Positions 1 to 11,185 of a stretch of DNA of 40,136 bases are shown piece after piece. Source of the stretch: Moniliella sp. 'wahieum' (Eukaryota). The translations under genes were made by a program, and so were the position numbers. Every line of letters starts with the position of its first letter. Position 1 is the stretch's first letter. Location: contig RSEE01000089.1 of assembly GCA_003971905.1 (NCBI GenBank), positions 248,001 through 288,136 of the forward strand. The letters are read 5' to 3'. The notes under the pieces are model-generated. The model was not told the DNA's origin. It saw nothing but the letters and a program-made list of their open reading frames with translations, and ran no database searches.

Positions 1-847
1 GTGGGTGGCTGGATGCTCTGTGGGTCGGCCCCTACACCGCGGGGGTAGAACATGGAGGGACCGAGGGCTGTGTCCAGGGCATCGGTGCAACGGCTGCGGG
101 CACGGCGCCAGTGGGTGCGCCACTTGCCGTGCCAGGCAGGGGGCGCTATAGATGTTAGACTAACGACCAAGCAACCAGCCAGGCGAAACAGTGCTGGAAG
201 TCGCAATTCGCAGCCACGCGGCCGGTGAGGCGACCGTGACCGGTGAGCGATGCCAGCCGCACATCTCAGGTGGCCCAAGCACACGCTCCCCCCTCAGCGC
301 CCTCCAGCCTCAGCCTCCAAGCCTCGCCCACAGCCTCCATCCCCAGGCACTGGGCCGTGTTTCGCTACTGGCTGCTGGGGTCTGCGCGTGTGCTCGGGTG
401 CGGGAGCTTCTCCTTTAGGAGAGTCTCTCGGGTGCTTTTCAAACTCTACCATTCTCAACACGCCCCCCATCTCCATATCCCATCGACCACATCTCCATCA
501 TCGACGTCATCCCCGTACTACCAAAACATGTGGTCAAGGCATTCCATCTCCCCATGCTGCCCGCCATTTCACGCCACAGTGCTCCGTTGCCCTACCCAGT
601 CCCCACCCCCGTCCTGCACCTCTCCCTCTTCAAGTTTCCCTGGATCCGTTGCGCAAAGCAACGCACCTGCAAGCGTGGCGCAACACATGGGCACTACGAT
701 AGATAGGGGGGGCAACTTTTTGGATTTGACCTCGCTACTTAACGAACACTGTTTTGCAGTTTGCACCATCGGTGCCGAACCCACCCGCCATCATGAACAT
801 CATGCCAACAATCTCACAGAACACTCGTCCCCTAGGCGGTCGCAGCG

Positions 848-2254
848 TCAAATCAGGGCCTGAAGCTGCGCCGTAAAGCCCTCCACCAGGTAGACGCTGG
901 TCTCATCCATGACAACCAGCCGACCTTGCCCAGCATGGGCAAAGTCGTTGGTCAAGGACGGGAAGAAGATCTTGACCACTGGCACCCCTCGGGCGTGGAC
1001 ACCATGACGCCATCTGCATAGTCGGCATAGACTTGCCCTGCTGGTCCAGCTTGAGGCCATCCGGGACGCGGGTAAAGGCCCAAGAGTGCATCTTTTTATT
1101 GGCCAGTTGGTGCGTCGTCACACCGTCCCGTGTGCTGGTGAGAACATCAAACTCGTATACCGCCGACGTTTCAGTCACCTCCACCACAGCCGCTTCGGTT
1201 GCGGTCGAGGTCACGTACACTTTGGTCCCGTCGGGCGAGATTTGAATACCGTTGGGAACGGAATGCTGTCGTCAAGGGCGCGGACGAGACCGGTACGCGG
1301 GTCAAGACACCAGGTCATCAAGCGCATGGTCTGGGCGGACGGAACGTTTGGGTTTGCGCGTACCACTGCCAGAGATAGGGGTTAGTAGTGCACACAATCA
1401 GAGGATTAATCGCCCTCCGCCGTCGACCGATGCAGTAGGCCAACATACCGAGTCTGTAAAGAAGATCTGTCCGGTCGTCGGGTGGACCGAAACGTCGTTA
1501 GTCCGTTCCATTGACGGCCATACGCATTTTGCAAGCACCTGAGGTGGGGCAGAGGCGTTCGTCCGGTCTACCAACACCACCGATGGGTTCAGCTCGCCCC
1601 GACCTTCGGTCACGAACAGTAGATGGTCAGCGCCATAGGCCGTGCCGCCATTAATCATCTGTACATTGGTCGAGTTGACCCCAAACAACTTGACCGCCGA
1701 CGTATCGTTCCATGCCAGAGCATGACCCTGTGCCTTGGCTCGTACCGCGACACTGGTGAGGTGTTGACCTCAAAGATGACGTTGGTGCGGTTGATAACCC
1801 GAGTGGCCATTAGGCGAACCGGCGTTAGAGACAAAGTAAAGGGACTAGGGTTGGGAAGAATGCGTCAGTGCTGCTTTGGAAAATAGGCAGTCCAGAAAGA
1901 TATAGAAACCATAAGAACAAAACGTACATCAGTTTGCGGGTAGTAGACTGGGGCCTCGTGGGCCCAGTAGTAGTCGTCGTCGTTCTTCAAAATCTCAGTG
2001 ATGGTGGCGTTGGGCCCAAGGATGGCCGTGGCCAGCTGCTGGTTGAAGATCTGGAAATGGGGCTCGGTGGCCACCTGAGAGAGATTGAGGGAGGCAGCCT
2101 GGCCAGAGAGCAGATGCGAGGGGACATAGGGCTCAGAGTAGTTGCGAGCCAAGGAAAAGAGCTGGCCATGCTGCGTCTCAGTGGGGAGATCAACGTTGAG
2201 ACGCGGGGTTGCCCATGCGGAGCCAGCGAGGAAGAAGAGGAGGAGGGGGCGCAT
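848..2254 (-). CDS. Secreted SMP-30/gluconolactonase (SGL beta-propeller) family protein; one intron ~1845-1927, several apparent frameshifts
   Basis: Signal peptide MRPLLLFFLAGSAWA. Family motifs WAHEAPVY, NGGT, NDVSVHPTTGQIFFTDS, PNGI..SPDGTKVYVT and PDGLKLDQQG are spread over adjacent minus-strand ORFs. Intron reads GTACGT...ACTGAC...CTAG. Confidence 0.85.
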
Positions 2255-2502
2255 TGCAGGAGGGAGTGTGGCTGGTGGCGGTGTGGATGTGGGTGTGGGT
2301 GGATGGGCAGGAGCGAGTTACCAGAGGATTGGCTGATGATCGATGACGTCGATGACGGCTGCTTGCGAAGATCCGTTCTGCCGACTAAGGGGAGCATCAC
2401 AGGACAACCCCACGCGGCCCCCGCTACCCCAGACGGTCTCAGGCTGCCCAGGCCCAGGGCTGCGCCCGTGCTCGCAGGCGGTGCAAAGCACCCGGCCCAT
2501 TG

Positions 2503-2551
2503 GTCACCTGACCGGGGTCAGCGTCAGCGGTCAGCGGTCAGCGGTCAGACC
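2503..2551. repeat. (GGTCAGC)n heptamer cluster upstream of the SGL gene
   Basis: gtcacctgaccggggtcagcgtcagcggtcagcggtcagcggtcagacc. Confidence 0.8.
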
Positions 2552-2753
2552 AATCCCGAGCTAGTCATCGATCATCCACCTGATGTTCAGTCTCAGCATA
2601 CCCGCCCGGTAAGATTCTCCCCGTGTAAGACTGCCGGTTACCAGTCTGCTCGGCGCAGACTCGACACTCCGTTTGCAATTTCAGCAAGTAATTCCAAACT
2701 GCGGTCGCTGCCCCGAAACTCCGACGCATCGCTCGCATATACATCTACCTCTT

Positions 2754-4099
2754 GAATTCATATCATTGACAGAGCTTAAGGCCGGGACAGGGGAACGCTA
2801 CGTCTAAATCGAACCGTTCATCTTGCGGGGGTTACTTGGAAGCGCCACTAAGGTCAAGGAACCAGGGGGATCGCCAGGATATCAGGACCCTCCGGCTCTC
2901 GCCATCCGGTCCCGTACCCTAGGAAGCGCGTGTGGACACGGATGAACGTGGTTGACATCCGAGCGAGGAACCATTTCCACTGAGACTTAGTAGCCAACTC
3001 CTTCCAATGCGCAAACCACTTGCCCGCCGTCTTGGTGCCGTAGTATCCTCGCGTCGTCAGAACCAGGGGGAAAAACGGCTCTTGAGTGCGTCCCTGGTAC
3101 TTGGCGTTCTTGTCGCATTCTGCTTGTTCAAGCAGCCGAAGCAGTTCCTTCTCCCGGCGTTCCAAAGGCGACGCAGTGCTCTCATGCACCACCCGCCGGT
3201 ACGCGCTCTGCGCCTCCTGCGATCCCGTGTCGCGCAGCGTGTGGTCTACCTCCATTCCGGTTCCTCCCAGTGCTCCGGGCCCCATCACACGGTAATCGGT
3301 GCGCTGTGCCTTCCGTCCGCGCCTCGTCCCATCCTCTTCCTCCACCATAGGTTCGTTGTGGACGTGGGTGTCGGGGATGGAGCGGAGGAGCTGGAGAATG
3401 GGCTCCCGCACTGCCTCATGCAACGCACCAAACTTGGCCTGGGTGCGGGTGCAGGACATGATGTGTTCCAGCGAGGACATGACGCCGCACTTGCACATGC
3501 TGCGCGTGTGCGGCACAGCGTGCGGAGCTGGAGACCAACCTGGACCTGCTGGTCAGAGAGCTTGAGGTACGGGACGGATGGAATGGCGGAGAGCCAGTTG
3601 TGGCTCAGCGGGTTGCTGTGCTCAACCACATGGCGACCGTCGGCAGCGTCCAGCTTCTGGAGCAGCTCCTGTCGACTTTGCTCCCACATCTCGCGGCAGC
3701 GCTGGCGTTGCTTCGTAAATGCATTGGCCCTTGCCGTTTGCGGTCCCGAACGGTCAACATAAGTGGTAATAAGATAGTCGTTGACCTCGTTGGCCGCGGC
3801 ACGGGCGTGGGGCGCGATATACGAGTAAAGCGGGCTGCCACATCCTCCCAGCCGAAGAGGCAGGCTCATGAGCATGTCGAAGTGGTCGTCCTTGGCACCT
3901 TGGGGATCCTCGTCGCCCCGGATCCGTCTGAACTCCGTACAGATGAAGGCATCAATCTCGGCCAGCACGTCGTCTAGCTCTCCTTCCATCTGCATGGTGC
4001 GGAGCAGGTGGCGCAGCTTGGTCTGGGTGCTGAGCCGCCATAGTAAGAGGCGTCCCTGGCGGGTGATGCCATCAAACTTAGGCATGTTCTCCCTCAGAC
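2754..4099 (-). mobile_element. 5'-truncated CRE-clade (Cnl1/MoTeR-like) non-LTR retrotransposon: RT C-terminal region, CCHC finger and restriction-like endonuclease
   Basis: ORFs 3285-4085 and 2854-3516 (one frameshift) contain LRHLLRT, SLPLRLGGCG, WLSAIP, LSD..V..GLQLRTL, CKCG...H...C, RTD..EVD, K..KY and FFPLVLTTRG. Flanked by direct repeat CTACCTCTT at 2745-2753 and 4100-4108. The catalytic RT YxDD region is absent. Confidence 0.85.
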
Positions 4100-4197
4100 C
4101 TACCTCTTCATAACGCAGACCCCCTTTTTACTTTACGTAAAATTACACAAGCATGCCACAATTCCGCCCGAGGCGTAGTGGTGAATACTATTCCGCT

Positions 4198-4370
4198 CTC
4201 CAGCGTGGAACGGTGGACCGGGGCTACGGTGGCGACGGGGGAACGGGTGGCTAAGGTGGCGACCAAGCACCCTCCAGCGTGGAACGGTGGACCGGTGGCT
4301 AAGGTGGCGATGGGGGGAACGGTGGCTACGGTGGGGAAGGCGGACCCGGTGACTAAGATGGCGACGGTGC
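4198..4370 (+). repeat. Internal Helitron subrepeats: 24-bp direct repeat plus GGTGGCTA/GGTGGCGA minisatellite
   Basis: CTCCAGCGTGGAACGGTGGACCGG at 4198-4221 and 4272-4295; repeated GGTGGCTA(A/C) and GGTGGCGA units. Confidence 0.85.
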
Positions 4371-4778
4371 ACCAAGCATCAAGCTGGGGCGAAGCCCCAG
4401 CTGACCGGGCCGTAGGCCCGGTGGTCTTCTAGTTCTGAAATCAATTAACTCCGTTGGTTGCATGCCGCGTTATTACGTACGCGTACGCCAAGCCGACGAG
4501 ACGGGGCGGCAACAGCCACTGCTCTCGCCTCCTCTCGCCCTCCGCCACGGCGCAGCCTAGTTGCGTCACCGATGTGGTGGGACATGTGACGCTCACCGGT
4601 GGCCAACCCCCAACCACTCGTGTCACCCGCTTGTCACCACGTCACTATGAAAGGGAGCAGGATGATGTCGATGATGGTGGATGTATTCCAGAAGAGGAGC
4701 CCGTCAGGGGCAGAACATAAGGGAGAGTCGGACAACAGAGTGTGGAAGGAATGTGATTTGTCAGATCTGCTTACGCGC

Positions 4779-4835
4779 TGACAGTCACCAGTCTGTCACA
4801 TGTCACATGTCACATGTCACCAGTCACCGGTCAGA
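4779..4835. repeat. (TGTCACA)n / GTCAC heptamer cluster upstream of the MFS gene
   Basis: tgacagtcaccagtctgtcacatgtcacatgtcacatgtcaccagtcaccggtcaga. Confidence 0.85.
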
Positions 4836-5359
4836 TCATCGATCACCCCGGTAACCGTGCTCGGTCGCTTGCATCCTTGAGAGCTCAGTCTGAATATCTG
4901 AGCTCTGAGCCGCTCCAAGCGCTTCTGCTGAGCGTCACGCGTCATGGGAAGCGCACTGCGATATGCGATAGCGTGGCAGCCGCCATGAGTTCGAGATGAT
5001 GTCGAGGATGATGGAGTGTTGTCTGGTGCCTGTTACCCTTGTTCAGTTGCCGGCCGGTTGCCCACTAGCGCTTAGCCGTTACCGCGTTACCGTCTCCGCC
5101 AGAACACTCGCCTGGGGGCACAGCAGAACGGGCACGGCGCCAGTGTTGGTCTTGGCATTACTGCGCGATTACTTGTGTGACACATTGCATCCAACCAGTT
5201 TTTTGTGTAAGGCCCAAGGCGTAAGAGGCCTGACTCAGTCTGCCTTCGCCGCCACATTGATATCTTCTCCTTTTTGACTTCCGCCATATCTAAGCAGACA
5301 CTTCTGGCCCTCCGCCTCTTCCCTTCTCTCTCCACCTCCCCTTTCTCCATCCTAGCGAT

Positions 5360-7131
5360 ATGGCCTGCCTGCCTCCCGGACCAGCCACCATCACCTCTTG
5401 CTGATTCCGTTTTCCCATGAGCTTTTCTGGCACAATCCCTCGCACGGTGCGGACCACCTCGCCCCCACAGACCCCAGTCAGGCTGTCTGCACCCTCTCTT
5501 ACAGCCACCCAGCTTCCCATTACACAAGGATCGACGGAACGCTTCGCGATGAGAAGAAGCACATCTCTCCTACCCCTGCTTCTTGCCTCAATGCCGACAT
5601 GGAGGAGGAGGACAAAGCAGAGACGGAGAGAGAAGACCTGTTTCGGGTCGACTTTGCTCCCCAGGATCCTGCCAACCCCAAGAACTGGCATCCCTTGCGC
5701 AAGTGGCAGATCCTGATTGTGACTCTGTTACTCCAGCTGTGGGCCAACAACATATCAGCTACCTATGCTCCGGGCTCACCCTATGTGGCACAGGACTTCC
5801 ATGTTAGTCCGGCGGCGGCACGGGTCGTTCAAGCGATCTACCTGTACGGATTTGCATGTGGGCCAGTGCTTAGTGCTCCGCTGTCGGAAGACGTTGGTCG
5901 TCTCCCTGTTCTACTAGCAGGTTGCCTTAGGTATGGGTCTTTTCCAACTGCATTGTGCCCTCAGCCCCAACTATGGCTCGCTCCTTGTAGCTCGCTTCCT
6001 ATCCGGTTTCTTTGCTGCGTCCACGTTCAACTCGGTTGGAACAGTGGCTGATCTGTGGATACCTGAGGAACAAGGTGGGGGGTCAATTCCTTTGGTCTGG
6101 CGGCCGAGTTGGGTGTGGTGATCGCCTCGGTCTACTCGGGATTTCTCGTGCGACGCACCCAGACGTGGCGCTGGCTTTGGCGTGACAGGCATCGTGACCG
6201 CCTTCCTCTTGCTTCGGTGGCTTTCACCGTACCGGAAACCAATCCTGGGTGTGCTGCTTTCGCGTCGGGCGCGCGAGCTACGAAAGCAAACGGGGGACAG
6301 TCGCTACTTTTCTGACCATGATCGCGCCCGTGCCCAACGCAGCAAAATGGACACGATCCGCGAGGTGATCATCCGCCCAGCCCATATGCTACTGACCGAA
6401 CCATCGTCTCGGCGTTTGCAGCCTTTGACGGGTACAATTACAGTATCATCTATCTCTGCTTGGAGGCCGCTCCCAAGATCTATCGGAGCAGCATGGCTTT
6501 TCGCTCCCTACCAGGCCTTTGCCTTCATCGCCATGGGCGTCGGCTTCCTGCTTGCTTTTATCACCTACCCATCTCCCAGGCCTTTGTCCGCCGGGCCCAG
6601 CGGAGCTCCCTACCGGAGAAGTGGAACCTGAATCGTTACTCATTTGGGGTCTTTTCATTGCCCCACTCTTTCCTGCTAGTATCTTGTACGTCTGTCTGCC
6701 ATACTTAGGCCTAGGATGAGGTTGTGCGAACTGACCTTGCTGTGCAGCTGGTTCGCTTGGACGATCCAGCCGTCAATCCCATGGGTTGTGTCTATGCTGC
6801 GCTGGCCGTGTTTGGGTACAGTCGCATGTGATCTTCATCTTTGTCAGTGACTATACGGGGCGCATATGGCCATTACGCGGCAAGTGCTGTGGCCGGGCAA
6901 TCGTTGGCGCGTGAGATCATCTCGGGCACGGCCTCCCTCATTGCAGAGCCCATGTTTAAAAACCTGCCCAGCTATGAATGGGCAGCGTGCGTACTGGCCT
7001 TTATTGCATTGCCCTTGGCGCTCATCCCGCTGGTCTTGTACAAAGCTGGGCCGTGGCTGCGCACCCACTCTCGCTTTGCCAACCAGATCGCCATGGCACG
7101 AGGGACATCAAGTCCCCGCGGCCCTCGATAA
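5360..7131 (+). CDS. MFS drug:H+ antiporter (DHA1 family); intron 6686-6747; start uncertain
   Basis: DPANPKNW..RKW, GPVLSAPLSEDVGRLPV, RFLSGFFAAS...GTVADLW, PET, RPAHMLLTEP, WFAWT and YGHYAASAVAG motifs. Intron reads GTACGT...ACTGAC...TGCAG. Confidence 0.9.
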
Positions 7132-7687
7132 GCTAATGCATATTTGTGTCTCGATAATATATGGATCTCAGTTCACTTGACGCTTCAAGCTTCAAGCTGA
7201 AGGCAGCTTCAGCTGGGATACCGGACCCACCAGAAATCCGATTCAATGGTTATAGGTAGAGGCGATATCGAGCGTGCGTACTTTACTGGCGCAGAAGGCC
7301 AGAGGCGCCGCTCCGTGAGCGTTTCCAGACGCTAGCTCAGCCGGGCGGTTCCAGGGCCAGCGCCGTCGGGCGCCTCATCGATGTCTTCCCACAACGTGGG
7401 GGGAGGAGGCACAGGGGCAGTGTCTGTCCGTGCGCGTGCGCGACACAGCTTTGGGTGGCTGGGCACTCAGACTGAGCATGAGCCGCTGATTAATGATTGA
7501 TTCGAGAGGGTATCAGTTCAGTGTTCAGTCTGAGATCTGAGTCCTCTTAGTGCGTGTTCCGGAGGCCCTTCATCTGTCCGTCTGGGGTAACCGGAGTCGG
7601 TACCCGGTAAGATGCGTACAAGCGGCGTGGGCCTTGGGGTTGTGCTCCCCCCTCCATCCTCGCCCCGCTGCCCCGCTGACCGTCCTC

Positions 7688-10684
7688 ATGTTGGCATCCA
7701 CCGCGTTCGCGCGGGCGGTGCGACCAGCGCTGCGTCCTGTGCATCCTGCGCGTCTTGTCCGCCCCCTGCCCCTGCTGCCTCCCCGCTCCCCGCCCCACAC
7801 GGACATCGATACGCGTCCGACGCCCCCCCCTCGACCCCGCCAAGGCCGAACACATCCGCCACGCCATCGAGGAGGAGGAGCCGAAGCCCGAGGTTGACCA
7901 TTCCTCCCGCGCTGTCACTCAGCCCGACACAGCTACCCTCCTCACCCGCCGGGCATGGAGCAGGGCGTCATCTACCTTGACTCGGTCTTCTCCATCGCCC
8001 AAGGCAGTTGGGACCCCGTCGGGCCATGACCAAGCTGGAAGCCCCCAACTTGCTGGAGAAAGTCAAGTCGTCTCTTCCCCCCGCAAGGAGATTGGTACGA
8101 TTTCCAGCTGCTGAGTGTGCGCGGTCGTCCGCGGGATGGGGGTGCGTTCCTATACTTTGCCTATCGACCTGGGAAGGACGCACCAACGCTGGCGGAGCAG
8201 AAGGCGACGCGCTTGCGTCCATCCAGCAGACGCTGGAGCGCGCTTTTTCCGCCTCGGCCGAGGCCACACGATTCACCTCCTTTACCCCAGCCTCGGGCGT
8301 GCACATCGTTAAAGGTACGCCTTGGATCGAAGACATGGATCAATGGCCTTCGAGCCGGCTCAAGGTCAAGCTTTCTGCCGAAGCGGGTGATCAAGCGGTT
8401 TTGGGAAGCGCTCCGCCCGTACGGCAGGATCCGTACCATCCAAGCCATTACTCCGGTTTGGAATATCGTTGTCTTTTCCCGTCTGCGTTCGGCGGCAGCG
8501 GCCAAGAACTCGGCGCACCTCATGCGCCTCCCTGCTTTGCCCGGCGCCGAGGTGGGCACGCTCGGTCCAACGATCCGCCTCCACTATGAACAGCGGTCTC
8601 GCGCGGACGAGTTTGCTCAGTGGGCAAGCTCGCATCCCAAGGTCATGATGCCTATCATTTTTGCCCTGCTTGGTATTGTCTCGGTCACGCTGCTCGATCC
8701 GTTGCGGCCTGGATGGTGGAGCAGCACATTCGCGATGTCTTTGACCCAGACTCGTACTGGCTTTGGCGGTGGGTGAAGCAGACGAGTGAGCGGCTGCGCC
8801 AGGAAGGCGATGCCTTGCTCGGGGTTGCATCCGACGACGACACGTCGGCCGACGCAGAGTTGTGGCGCGACCGCAGTGCTGGCACTCGCACCCTCGTCCG
8901 CCTGTTGCAGCAGGCACCTACGACGTTCATCACGCTCACCGGCCCCGCGGGTGGGAAAAATGCCTTGCTGGACAAGGCGTTGAGAGAAAACCATCTTGTG
9001 CTTGAACTGGATGCGGCTGTGGTAGCCAAGGCGGCGCGGAAGGGGATGTGGCGCAATTGGGCTCTGGGCCAACAAACTGGCTATTGGCCTTCCCTTTCTT
9101 GGCTTAACCGTTTTGCCGGGATTGCCGATTTGGCGGCAGCAGGGCTGATTGGATCCAAGCCAGGTTTCGCCACCCCACCCGAACAACAGCTGAAGCAGCT
9201 CCTTACCACAGTTACCCAGCTCTCATGACCATTAACCAGCAGGAGGCAAAGGCGGCCGAGCAGCGGGAAAAGAAGGCAGCGCTTGAGCGGGCCAAAGCGC
9301 AAAAGCAGCGCCTCCTCCCCCCCAGCCCGACACACCTAAGGAGGAAGGGGGCGTTGCGTCCTCGGTCGAGGAAGCGGTCGAAGGAGCTTGGAGCAAGATG
9401 GTTAGCTTTCTCCCTTCCTCTTCTGCATCCGAAAAGGACCAACCCCCAGTCACCTCTCCCGATCAGGCTGCCACCAAAGCAGCTGATGCGGGGAGGCGAC
9501 CTTGACCACCGCCAAGGGCAGTACGGTCGAGTTGGCGCACGCCGAGGAACCTCCGGTGGCGACTGCCGCGGGTGGAAGCACGACGCTACCCGGCCGTCGT
9601 GATTCGTAACTTCCACCCTTTCGGGGGTCAAGGACGAAGTATTGTATACTGCTCTGGCCGAGTGGGGGGTGAGCTGGTCCAATCTGAGATTGCCAATGTG
9701 GTGTTTGTCAGCGACGATCCCGCTGGGATGAGCAAGGACTTGTCTCGTGCGTTGCCCAACAAGCCGTTTGAGGCTATCTCCTTGGCCGATGCCGACTGCT
9801 CCGCGCCCGCAAGATTGTAGCGGCCAAGATTATTGAGTTGGCGGAGCAGGAGGAGCAACGGCCAGAGCGCCTGCGCAGAGGACACCATCCAATCCCGTCT
9901 CACTTCTCTGGCTGGTGCGCCTCCCTCAGACGATGCTGCGAAAGAAGAGCATGCTTCTTCGGCTGCATCCAAGGCGGCCGAGCGGCTACGCAGTCAACTT
10001 GACTCGTCGCCCGCAGGCGCACCCTACGGAGGTCTCCGTCCTTCCACGGCAGAGTGGGTGGACAAGTTGGGTGGACGGCAGACAGACTTGTCGGACCTGG
10101 TGGAGAAGCTCAAGTTGGACAGACGGTCCAATCCGCCGTACAGTCCCTTATTGGGCACACTACCGTTGCGCTACGCAAGTCGTTTGGAGAAGACGTTGAG
10201 GAGGCGGCGACGCTTCCCTGGACGCAGGCACAAGCGTGGGGGTGATCTCCAAGCTGGCCAAGCAGGGGGAGCTTCCCTATTATGGCATTCTGTTCGGTAC
10301 GTTCAAGGGAAACGAGGCCAGTCTCAAGGCCCTCGAGTCGGCCGAGGTGATTACTATCCGTCACGTGGATGGGCGCCCGTCCGCAATCCGGCCTGGCCGT
10401 CCGGTGTTCATGCACGCGATGCGGGCGCTGGTGGCGGATCCGGTGTTTGCTGCGACGCAGGTGTACCAGGCCAACAAGGCACGGATCACATACGACGAGG
10501 GGGTCATAACCCAGGTCGAGGCGGAGCTCAAGACGATCAAGGAGGCGGGGATGGCGTCCACCGCGGCCGGTCGGCAGCGCGCTCGCTTCCTGCTTGACTC
10601 GGTGGCGAGGCAGAGGCCGAGCTGGAGAAGCTGTACGCAGAAAACCTCAGGCTGCTCGCACAGCTAAACGCGACGGTAGAGTAG
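7688..10684 (+). CDS. YME2: Mitochondrial escape protein 2 (Yme2/RNA12); frameshifted in this assembly
   Basis: Arg-rich mitochondrial presequence. Motifs DGGAF, VKGTPWIEDM..WPS..LKV, LRPYGRI, W.SSHPK..PIIFALLG....DPLR, TFITLTGP, QTGYWP, SKDLSRALPNKPF..I.L.DA, LGGRQTDL and GRPSAIRPGRPVF occur in the expected order. Confidence 0.92.
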
Positions 10685-10889
10685 TGCGTGCCTTCTGCTT
10701 TGGGGCTAATGCGCGTCTACTCAGACGATCGAAAGATGACCTTCGACGACATTTGATGCCGAGGAAAGAGGACGGGACAACATGTAGGCCCGTGCAAGGC
10801 AAAGAGAAAAATGGATACACAGCAGATTCTCAAGGGGTGCTGGATGTACTACTCTACCGACGCGGTTGAACGAGCCGATCACTTGATCA

Positions 10890-10918
10890 GTGACAGACTA
10901 GTGACTAGTGACGGTGAC
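10890..10918. repeat. GTGAC cluster with (TAGTGAC) heptamer spacing upstream of the PH-domain gene
   Basis: gtgacagactagtgactagtgacggtgac. Confidence 0.7.
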
Positions 10919-11000
10919 GAGGCCCCAGACCTCAGGACCTGAGCTCAGGCCCCCCACCAGCCCACCCCTCTTCGCCCGCACTCGGCCAAGTCCCACACCG

Positions 11001-11151
11001 CCACTGACGCCACCATCACCCTCACCCTCACCACCCCCCCCCACCTCACCCACCCACTGACCCCACCATCACCCTCACCCTCACCACCCCACCATCACCC
11101 TCACCCTCACCCTCACCACCCCCACCCCCCCCCCACCCCCCTACCACCCCT
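11001..11151 (+). repeat. C-rich (CACCCT)n/CCACCAT low-complexity tract just upstream of the ATG
   Basis: Repeated ccaccatcaccctcaccctca units and C runs, almost no G. Confidence 0.9.
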
Positions 11152-11185
11152 CATTGCCACCGCAGCCCTCCTCTTTCTCCCTGCT

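Larger units (their letters stand above)
2744..4432 (+). mobile_element. Non-autonomous Helitron (~334 bp after removing the nested retrotransposon and one TSD copy)
   Basis: 5' TC at 2744 after A2743; the reconstructed 5' end is TCTACCTCTTCATAACGCAGACC. The 3' end has hairpin ACCGGGCC-GTA-GGCCCGGT (4404-4422), 6 nt, CTAG (4429-4432), then T. Insertion at A|T without a TSD fits Helitrons. Confidence 0.7.

Noticed and set aside
243..863. 206-aa plus-strand ORF
   Set aside because: Low complexity, no domain, overlaps the SGL gene end; such ORFs are expected by chance in GC-rich DNA.
4165..4225. tRNA-like start (GCCCGAGGCGTAGTGGT...) inside the Helitron
   Set aside because: No T-arm GTTC motif and no acceptor-stem partner.
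97..5145. Shared 17-mer CGGGCACGGCGCCAGTG at 97-113 and 5129-5145
   Set aside because: No extension of similarity; a GC-rich 17-mer match in 40 kb is plausible by chance.
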